A stretch of 40,522 nucleotides of DNA, taken from NCBI GenBank assembly GCA_037143255.1, contig JBAWYZ010000001.1:1-40522 (forward strand). Reading direction: 5' to 3'. This document shows positions 1 to 8,840 of this stretch, piece by piece. The DNA is from Leptolinea sp. (GTDB lineage: Bacteria > Chloroflexota > Anaerolineae > Anaerolineales > Anaerolineaceae). Every line of letters starts with the position of its first letter. The stretch's first letter is position 1. The notes beneath the pieces are model-generated. The model searched no databases and had not been told where the DNA came from. It saw nothing but the letters and a program-made list of their open reading frames with translations. The position numbers were made by a program, and so were the translations under genes.

Positions 1-240
1 GTAAAGGGGGTAGGGGGATTCACGCACTGCCAGAAACGTGTCCCCAGCGCGGGACAGAATCCCCCTCTGGAAAAGTACATCCACACCTGTCCCGGCGTCC
101 TATCGGGAGAACGCAAGCAGCCAACCCCCCTCTGCGAAGCGCTCTTTAGGGTTCGGACGGAAAAGCGCCGTCCAACCCTTGAAAAGGACATCCAGGGCAG
201 GTGGGGGCAAATCTGGGTAGTCCCCCTTTCCCTACCGCGA
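1..240. other. GC-rich, multi-stem structured non-coding element of unknown class (possibly cut by the window edge)
   Basis: Complementary segments: 12-21/57-66 (AGGGGGATTC/GAATCCCCCT), 39-44/51-56, 84-92/195-203, 97-101/185-189, 148-160/168-179, 3-10/222-229, 9-15/230-236. No credible ORF. AT-rich sequence resumes abruptly after ~250. Confidence 0.45.
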
Positions 241-285
241 AACCGAATCCCTTTATTTTATATTAATTACTTTATGCCTGAGCAG

Positions 286-2643
286 TTACACCTTCTTTTT
301 ATTTGATAATGACGGTTTCAAGAATCCGGAAAGCAGATTGTTGATATCTTCTTCCGGAAGCGAATATACAGATTTTTGATATGCTGCGGTTTCCTTGAGG
401 AGATAGGCAATTTTATTCTCCGCTTCGCTCTTGCTTGCGGAGTCCTCAGGGTGATTCTCGATAGAAAACTCAATCAAATCTTGATCTCTGGCGATAATTT
501 TGATCTTACCGGCCGATACCAACCAGGCGATTCCTGCTGAAATGGTTTCTACCCTGGCATTAACCGCTTGTGCCAGGTGATTCATATTGGCCAAACCATT
601 TCTATTAGAAATTGCATATTGAATCAATCCGGATAAGTGTTTTAGGAATCCCTGTGGGGATAGTGTGGCAGGTGCGTCAAATGCCAGAATCACCTTTTTG
701 GGATGGGTGGATTGGATAGCCTTTTCCAGAATAGAAGTGGAAGAAGGTATCGATGCCATAATCAGGTTTTCAACCGGACTGAGCTGTAATCTTCCGGCTG
801 AGTCTTCCTGGCTCAACACAGGTGGTTCTTGGAAGACAAGATAATTCAATCCAATATAATTATTTTTGGCTTCTTTCAGTGGATTGACTGATCTGCGTAA
901 ATCCTCGATTTGAAATCCAGTAGAGGGTGTAAGCCGAATCTCTGCATCTTCTACAGGTTGAAAATCGATCCATTCTGCCTGCAAAGTAGATTTACCAAGG
1001 TATTTGTTTTCTCTCAATGAGAATGCCAGGTCAAACCGACCGGATGGAACGTGTTCAATATCCGCCCCCCACCAGACTGCGGGAATGGATTTCCCCACTT
1101 GATCTTCCAGAATAAACTTGTAGTGTTCTTTGCTGCGCCCCATGGATTTTGAGGAGACGATTTGAACGGAGCGCATACAAAAAATTAGGGACGGATTTCC
1201 GTTTCCAAATGGAGAAAGTCTATTCAATTCTGTGAATAAATTGGCAGTGATGGAAGAAATTGCAATTTCTGTGTCGATTTCGAGGGCTGGCGGAGCGATC
1301 GTCGCTAATCCTTTTTCTTTCGCCCAGTTATTTAATGAACGCCGAAACTCGGGCAGATTTTCGGCTGACAGGGACATGCCGGCCGCCATGGGGTGGCCGC
1401 CGAATCCGTTGAGCAGATGACCTGAAGCAGTAATGGCTTCTGTGATATTGATTTTTGCAACTGACCGGGCAGAACCGCTCAGCACACCGTCGGTAGATTC
1501 ATTAAATAAGATGGTTGGGCGGTTAAATTCACTTACCAGGCGGTTGGCAGCCAGTCCTAATACACCACCTGGCCAGGTTGGGTTTGCCAGGACGATAATC
1601 GGGTCGTTCCACACATCGGGCTGGTGGTTGTACTGTTCCATTGCCGACTGTCCAACCTGATTACTAAGCCAACGGCGGTCGGCATTCAATTGCTCTAATT
1701 TTTGTGCTATTCCTGGTAATTCAGACAGGTCTGAATCCATCAGGAAACACACAAGCGGATTGGCATCGCCTAATCGGCCAAAGGAATTTAAACGCGGCGC
1801 GATGAGGTACCCAACCGTTTGTTCATCCATAACAATCGATTTCAGATTGGCGGCGGTCATCAATGCCTGTATCCAGGCGCGCGGCTTCTGTGTAAGTCGT
1901 TGTAATCCCAACTGCGTAATCAGACGGGCGTCTTTCTGCAGAGGAGCCATGTCGGCAATCAATCCAAGCGCAGCCAGATCAATACTCTGAAGGGCGATCT
2001 CCTCCAGGTTTTTCTTCCGACAAACGGCAAGCATAAGTTCAAATGCTGTGGCGCTGCCCGAGAGCGTTGCCAGCGGATGTTCATCCGGAAGCCGGCGGGG
2101 GTTGATGCAAGCTAGAGCTGGCGGGAGGTCCTCCGGCAAGGTGTGGTGATCGGTGATGATGACATCTACTTGATGGGCGTTCGCGTACTGAACGGCAGCA
2201 TGAGCTGAGATGCCGGTATCGCAAGAGATGAGAAGCTGAATCCCTTTCTGTAAAAACACCTGCAAAGATGGGATAGCGATGCCATGCGATTCTTTCTCGC
2301 GAACAGGGAGGTAATGATGGGCTTTTCCTCCCAGCCTGGTTAGACACTCCACGAGGATGGCGGTCGAGGTTTGGCCATCCACATCAAAATCGCCCCAGAT
2401 GCCGATCACTTCGCCAGATTCTAGCGCCTGAAGAATGCGGTTAACCGCTGGTTTCATATCCGGTAAATCAAAAGGATCTGTCAGGTTTTTTGGGTCTGGT
2501 TCCAGGTATCTGGAAACCTGCTGAGGAGACGTAATTCCCCTTTGGATCAAGTAGTTGGCCGCGATTCCGTTCTGATTGACAGAGGCCAGTAGTTCAGCAG
2601 GGGCATCAAGAATAGGCTGGATGTGCCATTCGCGCTGCTGCAT
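286..2643 (-). CDS. recJ: Single-stranded-DNA 5'-3' exonuclease RecJ with C-terminal extension
   Basis: DHH-family motifs GDFDVDG, SCDTG, TDHH, ADMAPL, PRLNSFGRL; DHHA1 motifs GSARS and GGHPMAAG; OB-fold region (PFGNGNP); ~200-aa C-terminal extension. Confidence 0.95.
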   Translation of the reverse strand: MQQREWHIQPILDAPAELLASVNQNGIAANYLIQRGITSPQQVSRYLEPDPKNLTDPFDLPDMKPAVNRILQALESGEVIGIWGDFDVDGQTSTAILVECLTRLGGKAHHYLPVREKESHGIAIPSLQVFLQKGIQLLISCDTGISAHAAVQYANAHQVDVIITDHHTLPEDLPPALACINPRRLPDEHPLATLSGSATAFELMLAVCRKKNLEEIALQSIDLAALGLIADMAPLQKDARLITQLGLQRLTQKPRAWIQALMTAANLKSIVMDEQTVGYLIAPRLNSFGRLGDANPLVCFLMDSDLSELPGIAQKLEQLNADRRWLSNQVGQSAMEQYNHQPDVWNDPIIVLANPTWPGGVLGLAANRLVSEFNRPTILFNESTDGVLSGSARSVAKINITEAITASGHLLNGFGGHPMAAGMSLSAENLPEFRRSLNNWAKEKGLATIAPPALEIDTEIAISSITANLFTELNRLSPFGNGNPSLIFCMRSVQIVSSKSMGRSKEHYKFILEDQVGKSIPAVWWGADIEHVPSGRFDLAFSLRENKYLGKSTLQAEWIDFQPVEDAEIRLTPSTGFQIEDLRRSVNPLKEAKNNYIGLNYLVFQEPPVLSQEDSAGRLQLSPVENLIMASIPSSTSILEKAIQSTHPKKVILAFDAPATLSPQGFLKHLSGLIQYAISNRNGLANMNHLAQAVNARVETISAGIAWLVSAGKIKIIARDQDLIEFSIENHPEDSASKSEAENKIAYLLKETAAYQKSVYSLPEEDINNLLSGFLKPSLSNKKKV

Positions 2644-2645
2644 AA

Positions 2646-3473
2646 TTAAAAGGCGATGCCTTGAATCTCTTCAAAATTGATATCCAATGCGGTTTCACTC
2701 TGTTCGATATCATCTTCCTCATCATCCAGATTACCTGCGCTTATCCCCCGTTCGCATAAGGAACGGTAACGGCAGAACCGGCATTTTTCAGGATTACTGG
2801 TAAGCGGGTAAATTTCAAGGTTCATTTGTTTGATTTCAGAAACCAAACGGGTTAATTGATTATGGGTCGCTTCCAGCCAGGTTTGGTCAAATGTAAGCGG
2901 GATGGATTTTTCAGGGAAAGCCGGAAACCAGTAGATCATGCTTACTTGGGCCGGTTTAAATAGTTTGAACTCATTCAAAGCGTTGCCGGCGTTGATCACC
3001 AGATAAGGGTAGACTAACGACTGAATTCGCTTGAGAAAATTTGCCATACGGGGTGGTTTGTGGGATGTTTTCCAATCCACAATAACTGCCCGCGTATTCT
3101 TTTCAACGGCCAATAGGTCGATTTTCGCGGCCAGGCGGTATCCTTCAAATGGCATGGAGAGGTATATCTCCGGCTTCCGATTAACTGGCAAGTTGGAAGG
3201 TGGTTGGGATAAAAACGCATCCCACCAGGACTGGAGATCAGCATCCTCAATCCTTCGGGAGATTTTATTTTCAGGAATACCGAGATAATATTGTTGTACC
3301 ATGCGATGGAATTGTGACCCCAATTGGATAAGGCGGTTTTGTTCTTCCACCGGCTCGCTGATGGGCGCCGGCCAGGTAATGTGCTGCACGTACTTTAATT
3401 GAAAGCGGCGCGGGCAGTCAATAAAATCCTGTAAATTGTTTTGAGTGAATGCAAAATCAATTGGTAGCAGCAT
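2646..3473 (-). CDS. Stand-alone PD-(D/E)XK nuclease, RecB/AddB/Cas4-like, with predicted 4Fe-4S cysteines
   Basis: N-terminal DCPRRF and C-terminal CRFCRYRSLC (1+3 Cys); catalytic KIDLL and VDWKT; RecB-family QxxxY (QSLVY); acidic tail. Confidence 0.85.
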   Translation of the reverse strand: MLLPIDFAFTQNNLQDFIDCPRRFQLKYVQHITWPAPISEPVEEQNRLIQLGSQFHRMVQQYYLGIPENKISRRIEDADLQSWWDAFLSQPPSNLPVNRKPEIYLSMPFEGYRLAAKIDLLAVEKNTRAVIVDWKTSHKPPRMANFLKRIQSLVYPYLVINAGNALNEFKLFKPAQVSMIYWFPAFPEKSIPLTFDQTWLEATHNQLTRLVSEIKQMNLEIYPLTSNPEKCRFCRYRSLCERGISAGNLDDEEDDIEQSETALDINFEEIQGIAF

Positions 3474-5694
3474 GAGATTCTCGATTCAAAAAATCAGCCA
3501 ATTCGGCAACTGGAAGGGACAATGTTTGATCGCCTCTTTTGCCGGTATTCCAGGTGATGATCAATTCTTTTTTTGCACGGGTAATCCCAACAAATAAAAG
3601 GCGCAGTCGCTCAGCACAGTATTTTCGACGGGCTTCCAGTGTTGCTTCACCGGGGGAGGCTAAAAAGGCCAGCGGGTCTTTTGATGAGAAGCGCAGCAAT
3701 CCATCTACAGCCTCGGCAGGAAGATTTATTTTATTTACCAGAAACCATTTTTCAGAAATATATTGATCCCCTTCCTGAAGGGAAGGGAAATCAAAATTAT
3801 TCGCTGAAAGGATGTAAACTCGGTCCCATTCCAACCCTTTCGCTTTGTGAATGGTGGTAACCAGAACTTTCCCTTTGTATAAATCTGGGTTAAAATTTAA
3901 GTCCTCATCACTGAACCCGGCCAGTTTTGTCTGGTTTTTTGAAATGTCATCCAGTTCTCCCGAGAACTCCTTTAATCCCCAGCCGGGATTGCTGCGCGCG
4001 CTTTTCTCCATTATGACAGCCAGTTTTTGTGCCAGAGCCAGGTCAGCCGGTGTTTTGAAAACATCCTGCGAGATAGTCAGGATTAATTGATCAACTGGGA
4101 GAAGAACTGCTTGCATCCAGCGCTTGGCCAGTGTTCGAAAAGTGGATAATTCCACCTGTAACTCAGTGGATAAACCGGTGATTTCAGCAGTTTTCAGCCA
4201 GTTGTTTTCAGGAGTTGGCGCCAAATAATTTTCCAAAAATTCACACTTAAGGATCAGGCGGCTGATCAATACTTCTCTCGCATTATCTTTCCCGGCTTCA
4301 TCCGGATTTTGAAAACGGTAGTACAACCGGTAGACATCATCTAAATTGCGGTGGGCAAATGGCTTGAGGAAGAATTTGAAGCAGGCTGATATAAATTCAG
4401 CGGCTTTGCGGGTTGGCAAGCTGACTTTTAACATCTCAATCGGTTGCACGCCTAAACCCCGTAATATGTCGGAAATCTCACCGCCACGTTCATTACTGGC
4501 AACGAGTATGGCAGCCGTTTCATTCGGGTGAATATTCAACCAATTTTTTACATTGTTGCACACCTTCTTTTTTTCCTCTTCCGATTCATGGTTGCGGATA
4601 TCAATATAGATGTTATTGGGTGAATCAGGCGGGTTAGGTTGTGGATCACCCAGATCTGTAGGCTGAATTAGCGGCCGCACCAGTGCATCGCGCAGCGATT
4701 CCACCGGATGTTCCTTCTCAACCCATTCGACCAGATGATTGGCAAGCTGAATAATCTTTCGGGCTGACCGGCCTGAATTCGGCAGTTCCCGGCAGATCAC
4801 GTCCGGCTCTTTTAGGAAATTTACCAGAAATTTTGGATCGGCTGTGGTAAATGTTTCATAAATCGCCTGGTTGGGATCGCCCACTCGAACCCAATTTCCA
4901 CTGTCAGCTGATAGCAGGCGCAGGATGGTCTCTTGCATGCGGCTGCTATCCTGGGCTTCATCTTCGAGGATAAACGGCCAGCGATATTGCAGGCGGGAAA
5001 GATATTCTGCATCGGTTTGCAGGCAGCGCAGCGCCAGCCGGATGAGATCATCAAAGTCCAGCGCGCCGCGCATATTCAACGCCAGTTGGTAGTCAGCATA
5101 AATATTGGATGCCATCTGAAAAAGCGGCGAGGCGCTTTGACCGGTTTGATCCACAATTTCCTGAGCAGTTAATCCAAGGTCTTTTGCTTGACTGATGAAT
5201 TCCTTCGCGATTGTGACCAACAGCTTTGACCATCCGATATCTGCTTGGAAAGATACAACATCCGGATTTGACCATTGTTCAATAAAATCCGGGTGACCGC
5301 GCCGCCAGGCATCCACTTTATCTTGCAAAATACGGGTGGATTCGCCTTCATCTTGAATACGGAAATCAGCGGGCAGCCCGGCTAATTCCGGTCGTTCACG
5401 GACAATTTCATTGGCCAGGCTGTGCAGGGTTCTCACCCGATAAGCGTAGTTTCTGGGAAGTCCAAAACTACGCGTAAACTGTGAAATACGTTGCGAGAAG
5501 TTATCAACGGCGCTATTCACCAAAGTGACGACTAGAATTTCCTGGTTGTCACCCAGTTTTCCCTGTCGGATAAGATCGGCAGCCAGCAGGGAGAGCGTGA
5601 ATGTTTTTCCACTGCCTGGCACCGCCGATACGCCCATCTTGCCGCCGGAGTATTGGAGAATTTCCTGTTGGGCTCTGCGCAGATCAGGCATCAT
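3457..5694 (-). CDS. UvrD/PcrA-like superfamily 1A ATP-dependent DNA helicase with largely intact motifs
   Basis: Q motif LRRAQQEIL, Walker A AVPGSGKT, RTLHSLA, LDFDDLI, Walker B ILEDEAQD, VGDPNQAIY, TTIHKAKGLEWD, ERLRLLFVGITRAK. Start moved from 5808 to the ATG at 5694 because GGAGG lies at 5706-5710. Confidence 0.9.
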   Translation of the reverse strand: MMPDLRRAQQEILQYSGGKMGVSAVPGSGKTFTLSLLAADLIRQGKLGDNQEILVVTLVNSAVDNFSQRISQFTRSFGLPRNYAYRVRTLHSLANEIVRERPELAGLPADFRIQDEGESTRILQDKVDAWRRGHPDFIEQWSNPDVVSFQADIGWSKLLVTIAKEFISQAKDLGLTAQEIVDQTGQSASPLFQMASNIYADYQLALNMRGALDFDDLIRLALRCLQTDAEYLSRLQYRWPFILEDEAQDSSRMQETILRLLSADSGNWVRVGDPNQAIYETFTTADPKFLVNFLKEPDVICRELPNSGRSARKIIQLANHLVEWVEKEHPVESLRDALVRPLIQPTDLGDPQPNPPDSPNNIYIDIRNHESEEEKKKVCNNVKNWLNIHPNETAAILVASNERGGEISDILRGLGVQPIEMLKVSLPTRKAAEFISACFKFFLKPFAHRNLDDVYRLYYRFQNPDEAGKDNAREVLISRLILKCEFLENYLAPTPENNWLKTAEITGLSTELQVELSTFRTLAKRWMQAVLLPVDQLILTISQDVFKTPADLALAQKLAVIMEKSARSNPGWGLKEFSGELDDISKNQTKLAGFSDEDLNFNPDLYKGKVLVTTIHKAKGLEWDRVYILSANNFDFPSLQEGDQYISEKWFLVNKINLPAEAVDGLLRFSSKDPLAFLASPGEATLEARRKYCAERLRLLFVGITRAKKELIITWNTGKRGDQTLSLPVAELADFLNRESHAATN

Positions 5695-7807
5695 AGATTT
5701 CAATACCTCCCGGATGGTACCGCAAAAAGCGGTTGAGCGCCTGTAACAGCGGGCCGCGGGGTTCAATGCCTTGTTCGTCAACCAACGCCACGAAGATATC
5801 CACTTCACCTTTGCAACGGCACAAAAGGCCGCCGGTTAGCGCAACAATGGTATTCTGGTTATGGGCAACTTCTGCAGCATCCGTCCACTTGGCGCCGGGA
5901 GGCCAGTTACGGCTTAAGACCACCGGATGCGTCAATGGCTGGTTGAGGCGCTCCCACCAGCCCGAACTGCCTGGATCGAGCCAGAATTGATGTTTTACGG
6001 GTTGGTTGCGCATCAAGAAGGTGAAGGCGGGGGAGAGCAGGACGGCATCGGAGCGATTTTCTTGCCAGGGAGGGAGAAAGAGAGACCCGGAAAAACCGTT
6101 TTCTAGCTGTGAAAGGTAATTTGCATTAGCTGTTTCTTCTGGATTTGCAGACCGGATGACTTCAATAAATTGCCGGGCGGATTCGATCAGGCGGTCGGTG
6201 GCATCGGCCATATCGTAGTCAAAATGAAACCCAAAGCCCTTTTGGGAAAGCAGCTCCCCAAAACAACGGCTGAAAAAGATGCTCAGGTCATCCGGCGGGT
6301 TTTCACGCGCCTGAAGAATCCAGTTGCGGAGTATCTCGTATTTTTCGCCTACTTGAAAGGTGATACGTTCATTCATAGGAGAACCCACGGTTGAGAACGG
6401 CCGCAGTGGGATTGTGCCAGGTTTGCCAGAGAATAATGTTTGTTTAAGTAAGTCCGCCCGGATGAGGTCCAGCTCATCAATTGCTGCCAGCAATGCAATT
6501 CTGAATTCATCTGGCGAGACCGGCAAATTCCATTGCGGGTAAACAAGCTTCGCCAGGGTAACCAGGCAGCGCACAGCGGGCTCGATGCGTAGTTCACGTC
6601 CTGGCCGGTGGGTGGTCAGCGCAATTTTATTTTCAGATAAACGGGACGCCAATGAAAAGCGCAGCGAATCGCCAATAAACGGAGATAAAACGGCAATTTC
6701 ACCGGGTAGAGTGCCGTTTTGTACTAAGGAATGGATACGGCCTGCTACTGCGTCCAACATCTGGGTATAAAAGCGTGAGTAATGCAGGGCAATCCCCGCC
6801 AGGTGGATAGGCGGATGGGCTTCTTCCTGAACTTCCATGCGTAGGTTTTGTGCCAGCAAAGTGCGAAACTGGCTAATCGGTTCTGGGGTGCAAACTTGTT
6901 CGGAAAGGTGAAAAGTTTTTTCTGTCAATTCGGACAACCGGGCGGCAGATTGCGGATCTGCCCCGAGGAAAGAACGGTAACCGGCGTGATCGTCATATAT
7001 CAACAAGGCGCTGTCCATTTCAGGCAGCCAATCACGGATAATGTCATGCGCGGATGGATAGTCTTCTTCTACATTGTCGTAGATCAGGTGGCGGTATTGT
7101 TGGCAGAGATAATTTCTGCAAATTGGATCTACCCATAGAATTTTATTAAATATTTCTAATTGGAGCGAAAAATCTAAAAGAGAGTGTTCGTAGCAGTATT
7201 CCCTGAATTTTACGGCGCAGTCCTGAGCCTCATCAAAAAAGCGAGCATCGGATTGATTGCCGTTCCAGGCAGCGCGCAACTTGCCAGCAATTTCGGTTGG
7301 CGGAAACCCGACAACCGCCGTCTTGTTCAAGTTGTCAAGAATCTGGCCGTGCAGGCGGGCTGGTTCAATGGAAAGGCCGTCAAAGGCGCCTTGCTCCCGC
7401 AGCGGGTCGACCACCTGACTCAGGAAGTATTGTGTGGTTTCAATTGTGAGAAATTGCGGAGGTTTTTCCGGGTGGGTAAAACCTGTCTGGTCTGTAACCA
7501 ATGGCCAGAAAAGGTCTACCATGCGGCGCGCCAGACCACCGATGGTGAGAACAGAAACCTGACCACCGGACGGAAATGCCGCAGAATTGCACAACAGGTT
7601 GTATGGACGGGCGAGTGGACGCTGCGGAACCAGCACCAAAATCGATTCGGCTGGTACGCCGGATTGGATTAACTTCAGCAGGCAGGAACCGCCGACAGTC
7701 GTTTTCCCGTTACCGGCATCTCCGCGTAAAAACACTTTTTTACCCGAGGCTGCGTCCGCAATGTGGTGTTGGTCCTCTGTCAGGCTGATATGGTTACTCA
7801 AAATCAA
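5684..7807 (-). CDS. Degenerate UvrD-like helicase-fold protein (RecC/AddB-like, probably inactive motor subunit)
   Basis: Retains LTEDQ, Walker A GDAGNGKTT, LTIGGLA, LLDF and IAVLSP. Walker B reads LIYDNVEED, and motifs III, V and VI are eroded. TTG start is uncertain. Confidence 0.7.
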   Translation of the reverse strand: MILSNHISLTEDQHHIADAASGKKVFLRGDAGNGKTTVGGSCLLKLIQSGVPAESILVLVPQRPLARPYNLLCNSAAFPSGGQVSVLTIGGLARRMVDLFWPLVTDQTGFTHPEKPPQFLTIETTQYFLSQVVDPLREQGAFDGLSIEPARLHGQILDNLNKTAVVGFPPTEIAGKLRAAWNGNQSDARFFDEAQDCAVKFREYCYEHSLLDFSLQLEIFNKILWVDPICRNYLCQQYRHLIYDNVEEDYPSAHDIIRDWLPEMDSALLIYDDHAGYRSFLGADPQSAARLSELTEKTFHLSEQVCTPEPISQFRTLLAQNLRMEVQEEAHPPIHLAGIALHYSRFYTQMLDAVAGRIHSLVQNGTLPGEIAVLSPFIGDSLRFSLASRLSENKIALTTHRPGRELRIEPAVRCLVTLAKLVYPQWNLPVSPDEFRIALLAAIDELDLIRADLLKQTLFSGKPGTIPLRPFSTVGSPMNERITFQVGEKYEILRNWILQARENPPDDLSIFFSRCFGELLSQKGFGFHFDYDMADATDRLIESARQFIEVIRSANPEETANANYLSQLENGFSGSLFLPPWQENRSDAVLLSPAFTFLMRNQPVKHQFWLDPGSSGWWERLNQPLTHPVVLSRNWPPGAKWTDAAEVAHNQNTIVALTGGLLCRCKGEVDIFVALVDEQGIEPRGPLLQALNRFLRYHPGGIEIYDA

Positions 7808-7846
7808 AAGAAGCCCCGTTTCTACTAAGTTTCAATGATTGCCGGT

Positions 7847-8680
7847 TTATTTATTCCAGAAGGCGATCTCGTCCATGCGCACTGTGAAATTGCTGGTATT
7901 GGATGAGGCAATGAATGCACCGAATAATCCCGCTTCGATGAAAGTCGATTCTTTGGTTTCTTGCAGCAGCTTTCCGTTGGCATAAAACGCATAACGGTCG
8001 CCCTGCGCCAGAATACCAAGGCGGTTCACCTGATTGGAGCCTTGCAGAATTGCCGGATTGGGCGTCCAGGGGATGAGGGTACCTTGCTGATTGTAGATAC
8101 GCAAGAGGAATTGGCCATCACAGGATAAGCCGAAAAAGTAACCATTTTCGAAATTAGGCGCGCGGTAAACAAGGCCGTAGCGATCTAAGCCGCTACAGGT
8201 TTCCACCTTAAAGGTGGCTTCCAGATAGAAATTCTTTGGCTTGGGGTATGAGAGACTCCAGCCAGTCCAGCCGTTGGGATTCTTGGCGGTGAGGGCCAAA
8301 GCGCCGCTGTCATAAACAAAGCGACTCTGAGCATCTTCATATTGGTAGAAGTTGTTGTTGGCTTTGCTAAAGTCTTCCTTCCAGTCCGGGGCGCCAAGTT
8401 TTATGCGTGGGTCATCCGGGGAAAGAGTGGGCGTCATGGTGATGGTGGGTGTAGGGGACTCTGTTGCCGTAGGCGGCGGATCTTGCGGACTGGGGGTTGC
8501 GGCATTGGAATCTTCTGTGGCCGGGATTTCGGTGGCGGTGATCAGCTCGATAGGCGCGGTAGTCAACTGCTGGCTGACTTCGGTGGAAATATTATCTTTA
8601 AGTTCAGGGGATTGGCTTGCGAGAAAATTACAACTTACAATTATAAAAGCAAACAAGGTGGTGAAGATGATTTTTTTCAT
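7847..8680 (-). CDS. Lipoprotein with Pro/Thr-rich linker and DUF1080-like (concanavalin/GH16-type beta-sandwich) domain
   Basis: Signal peptide MKKIIFTTLFAFIIVS-C with lipobox-like Cys; TATESPTPTITMTPT linker; YGLVYR...NRLGILAQGDRYAFYANG pattern. Confidence 0.7.
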   Translation of the reverse strand: MKKIIFTTLFAFIIVSCNFLASQSPELKDNISTEVSQQLTTAPIELITATEIPATEDSNAATPSPQDPPPTATESPTPTITMTPTLSPDDPRIKLGAPDWKEDFSKANNNFYQYEDAQSRFVYDSGALALTAKNPNGWTGWSLSYPKPKNFYLEATFKVETCSGLDRYGLVYRAPNFENGYFFGLSCDGQFLLRIYNQQGTLIPWTPNPAILQGSNQVNRLGILAQGDRYAFYANGKLLQETKESTFIEAGLFGAFIASSNTSNFTVRMDEIAFWNK

Positions 8681-8840
8681 AATTGGATTTCCTATTTATA
8701 ATTATAGCGGTTTGAGATCAGACTTCATAAATCAGTTACACTACAGTATTCCAGATATTTTTCCCATTGTAGTAAGAAACTGACTTGGATGGATAACCAA
8801 ATTTTGGTGTAACTTTGCTGAAGGAATTGTATTTCCATTT

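Noticed and set aside
1-240. Group II intron end, SRP RNA, tmRNA, 6S RNA, or the 60-aa ORF 38-220
   Set aside because: No domain 5 catalytic hairpin, SRP GGAA-loop motif or tRNA-like ends were recognisable; the branching does not fit a simple 6S rod; the ORF has no RBS or recognisable motif.
2646-3473. Cas4 / CRISPR adaptation gene
   Set aside because: It shares the Fe-S RecB fold, but there is no cas1, cas2 or array in the window, and it is coupled to helicases and recJ.
5695-5808. Long N-terminal extension of the helicase (similar extensions in the ORF track for ferredoxin, ABC ATPase, TPR protein, ppgK and hppA)
   Set aside because: Downstream ATGs have good SD motifs and match family N-termini; some extensions also overlap neighbouring genes.
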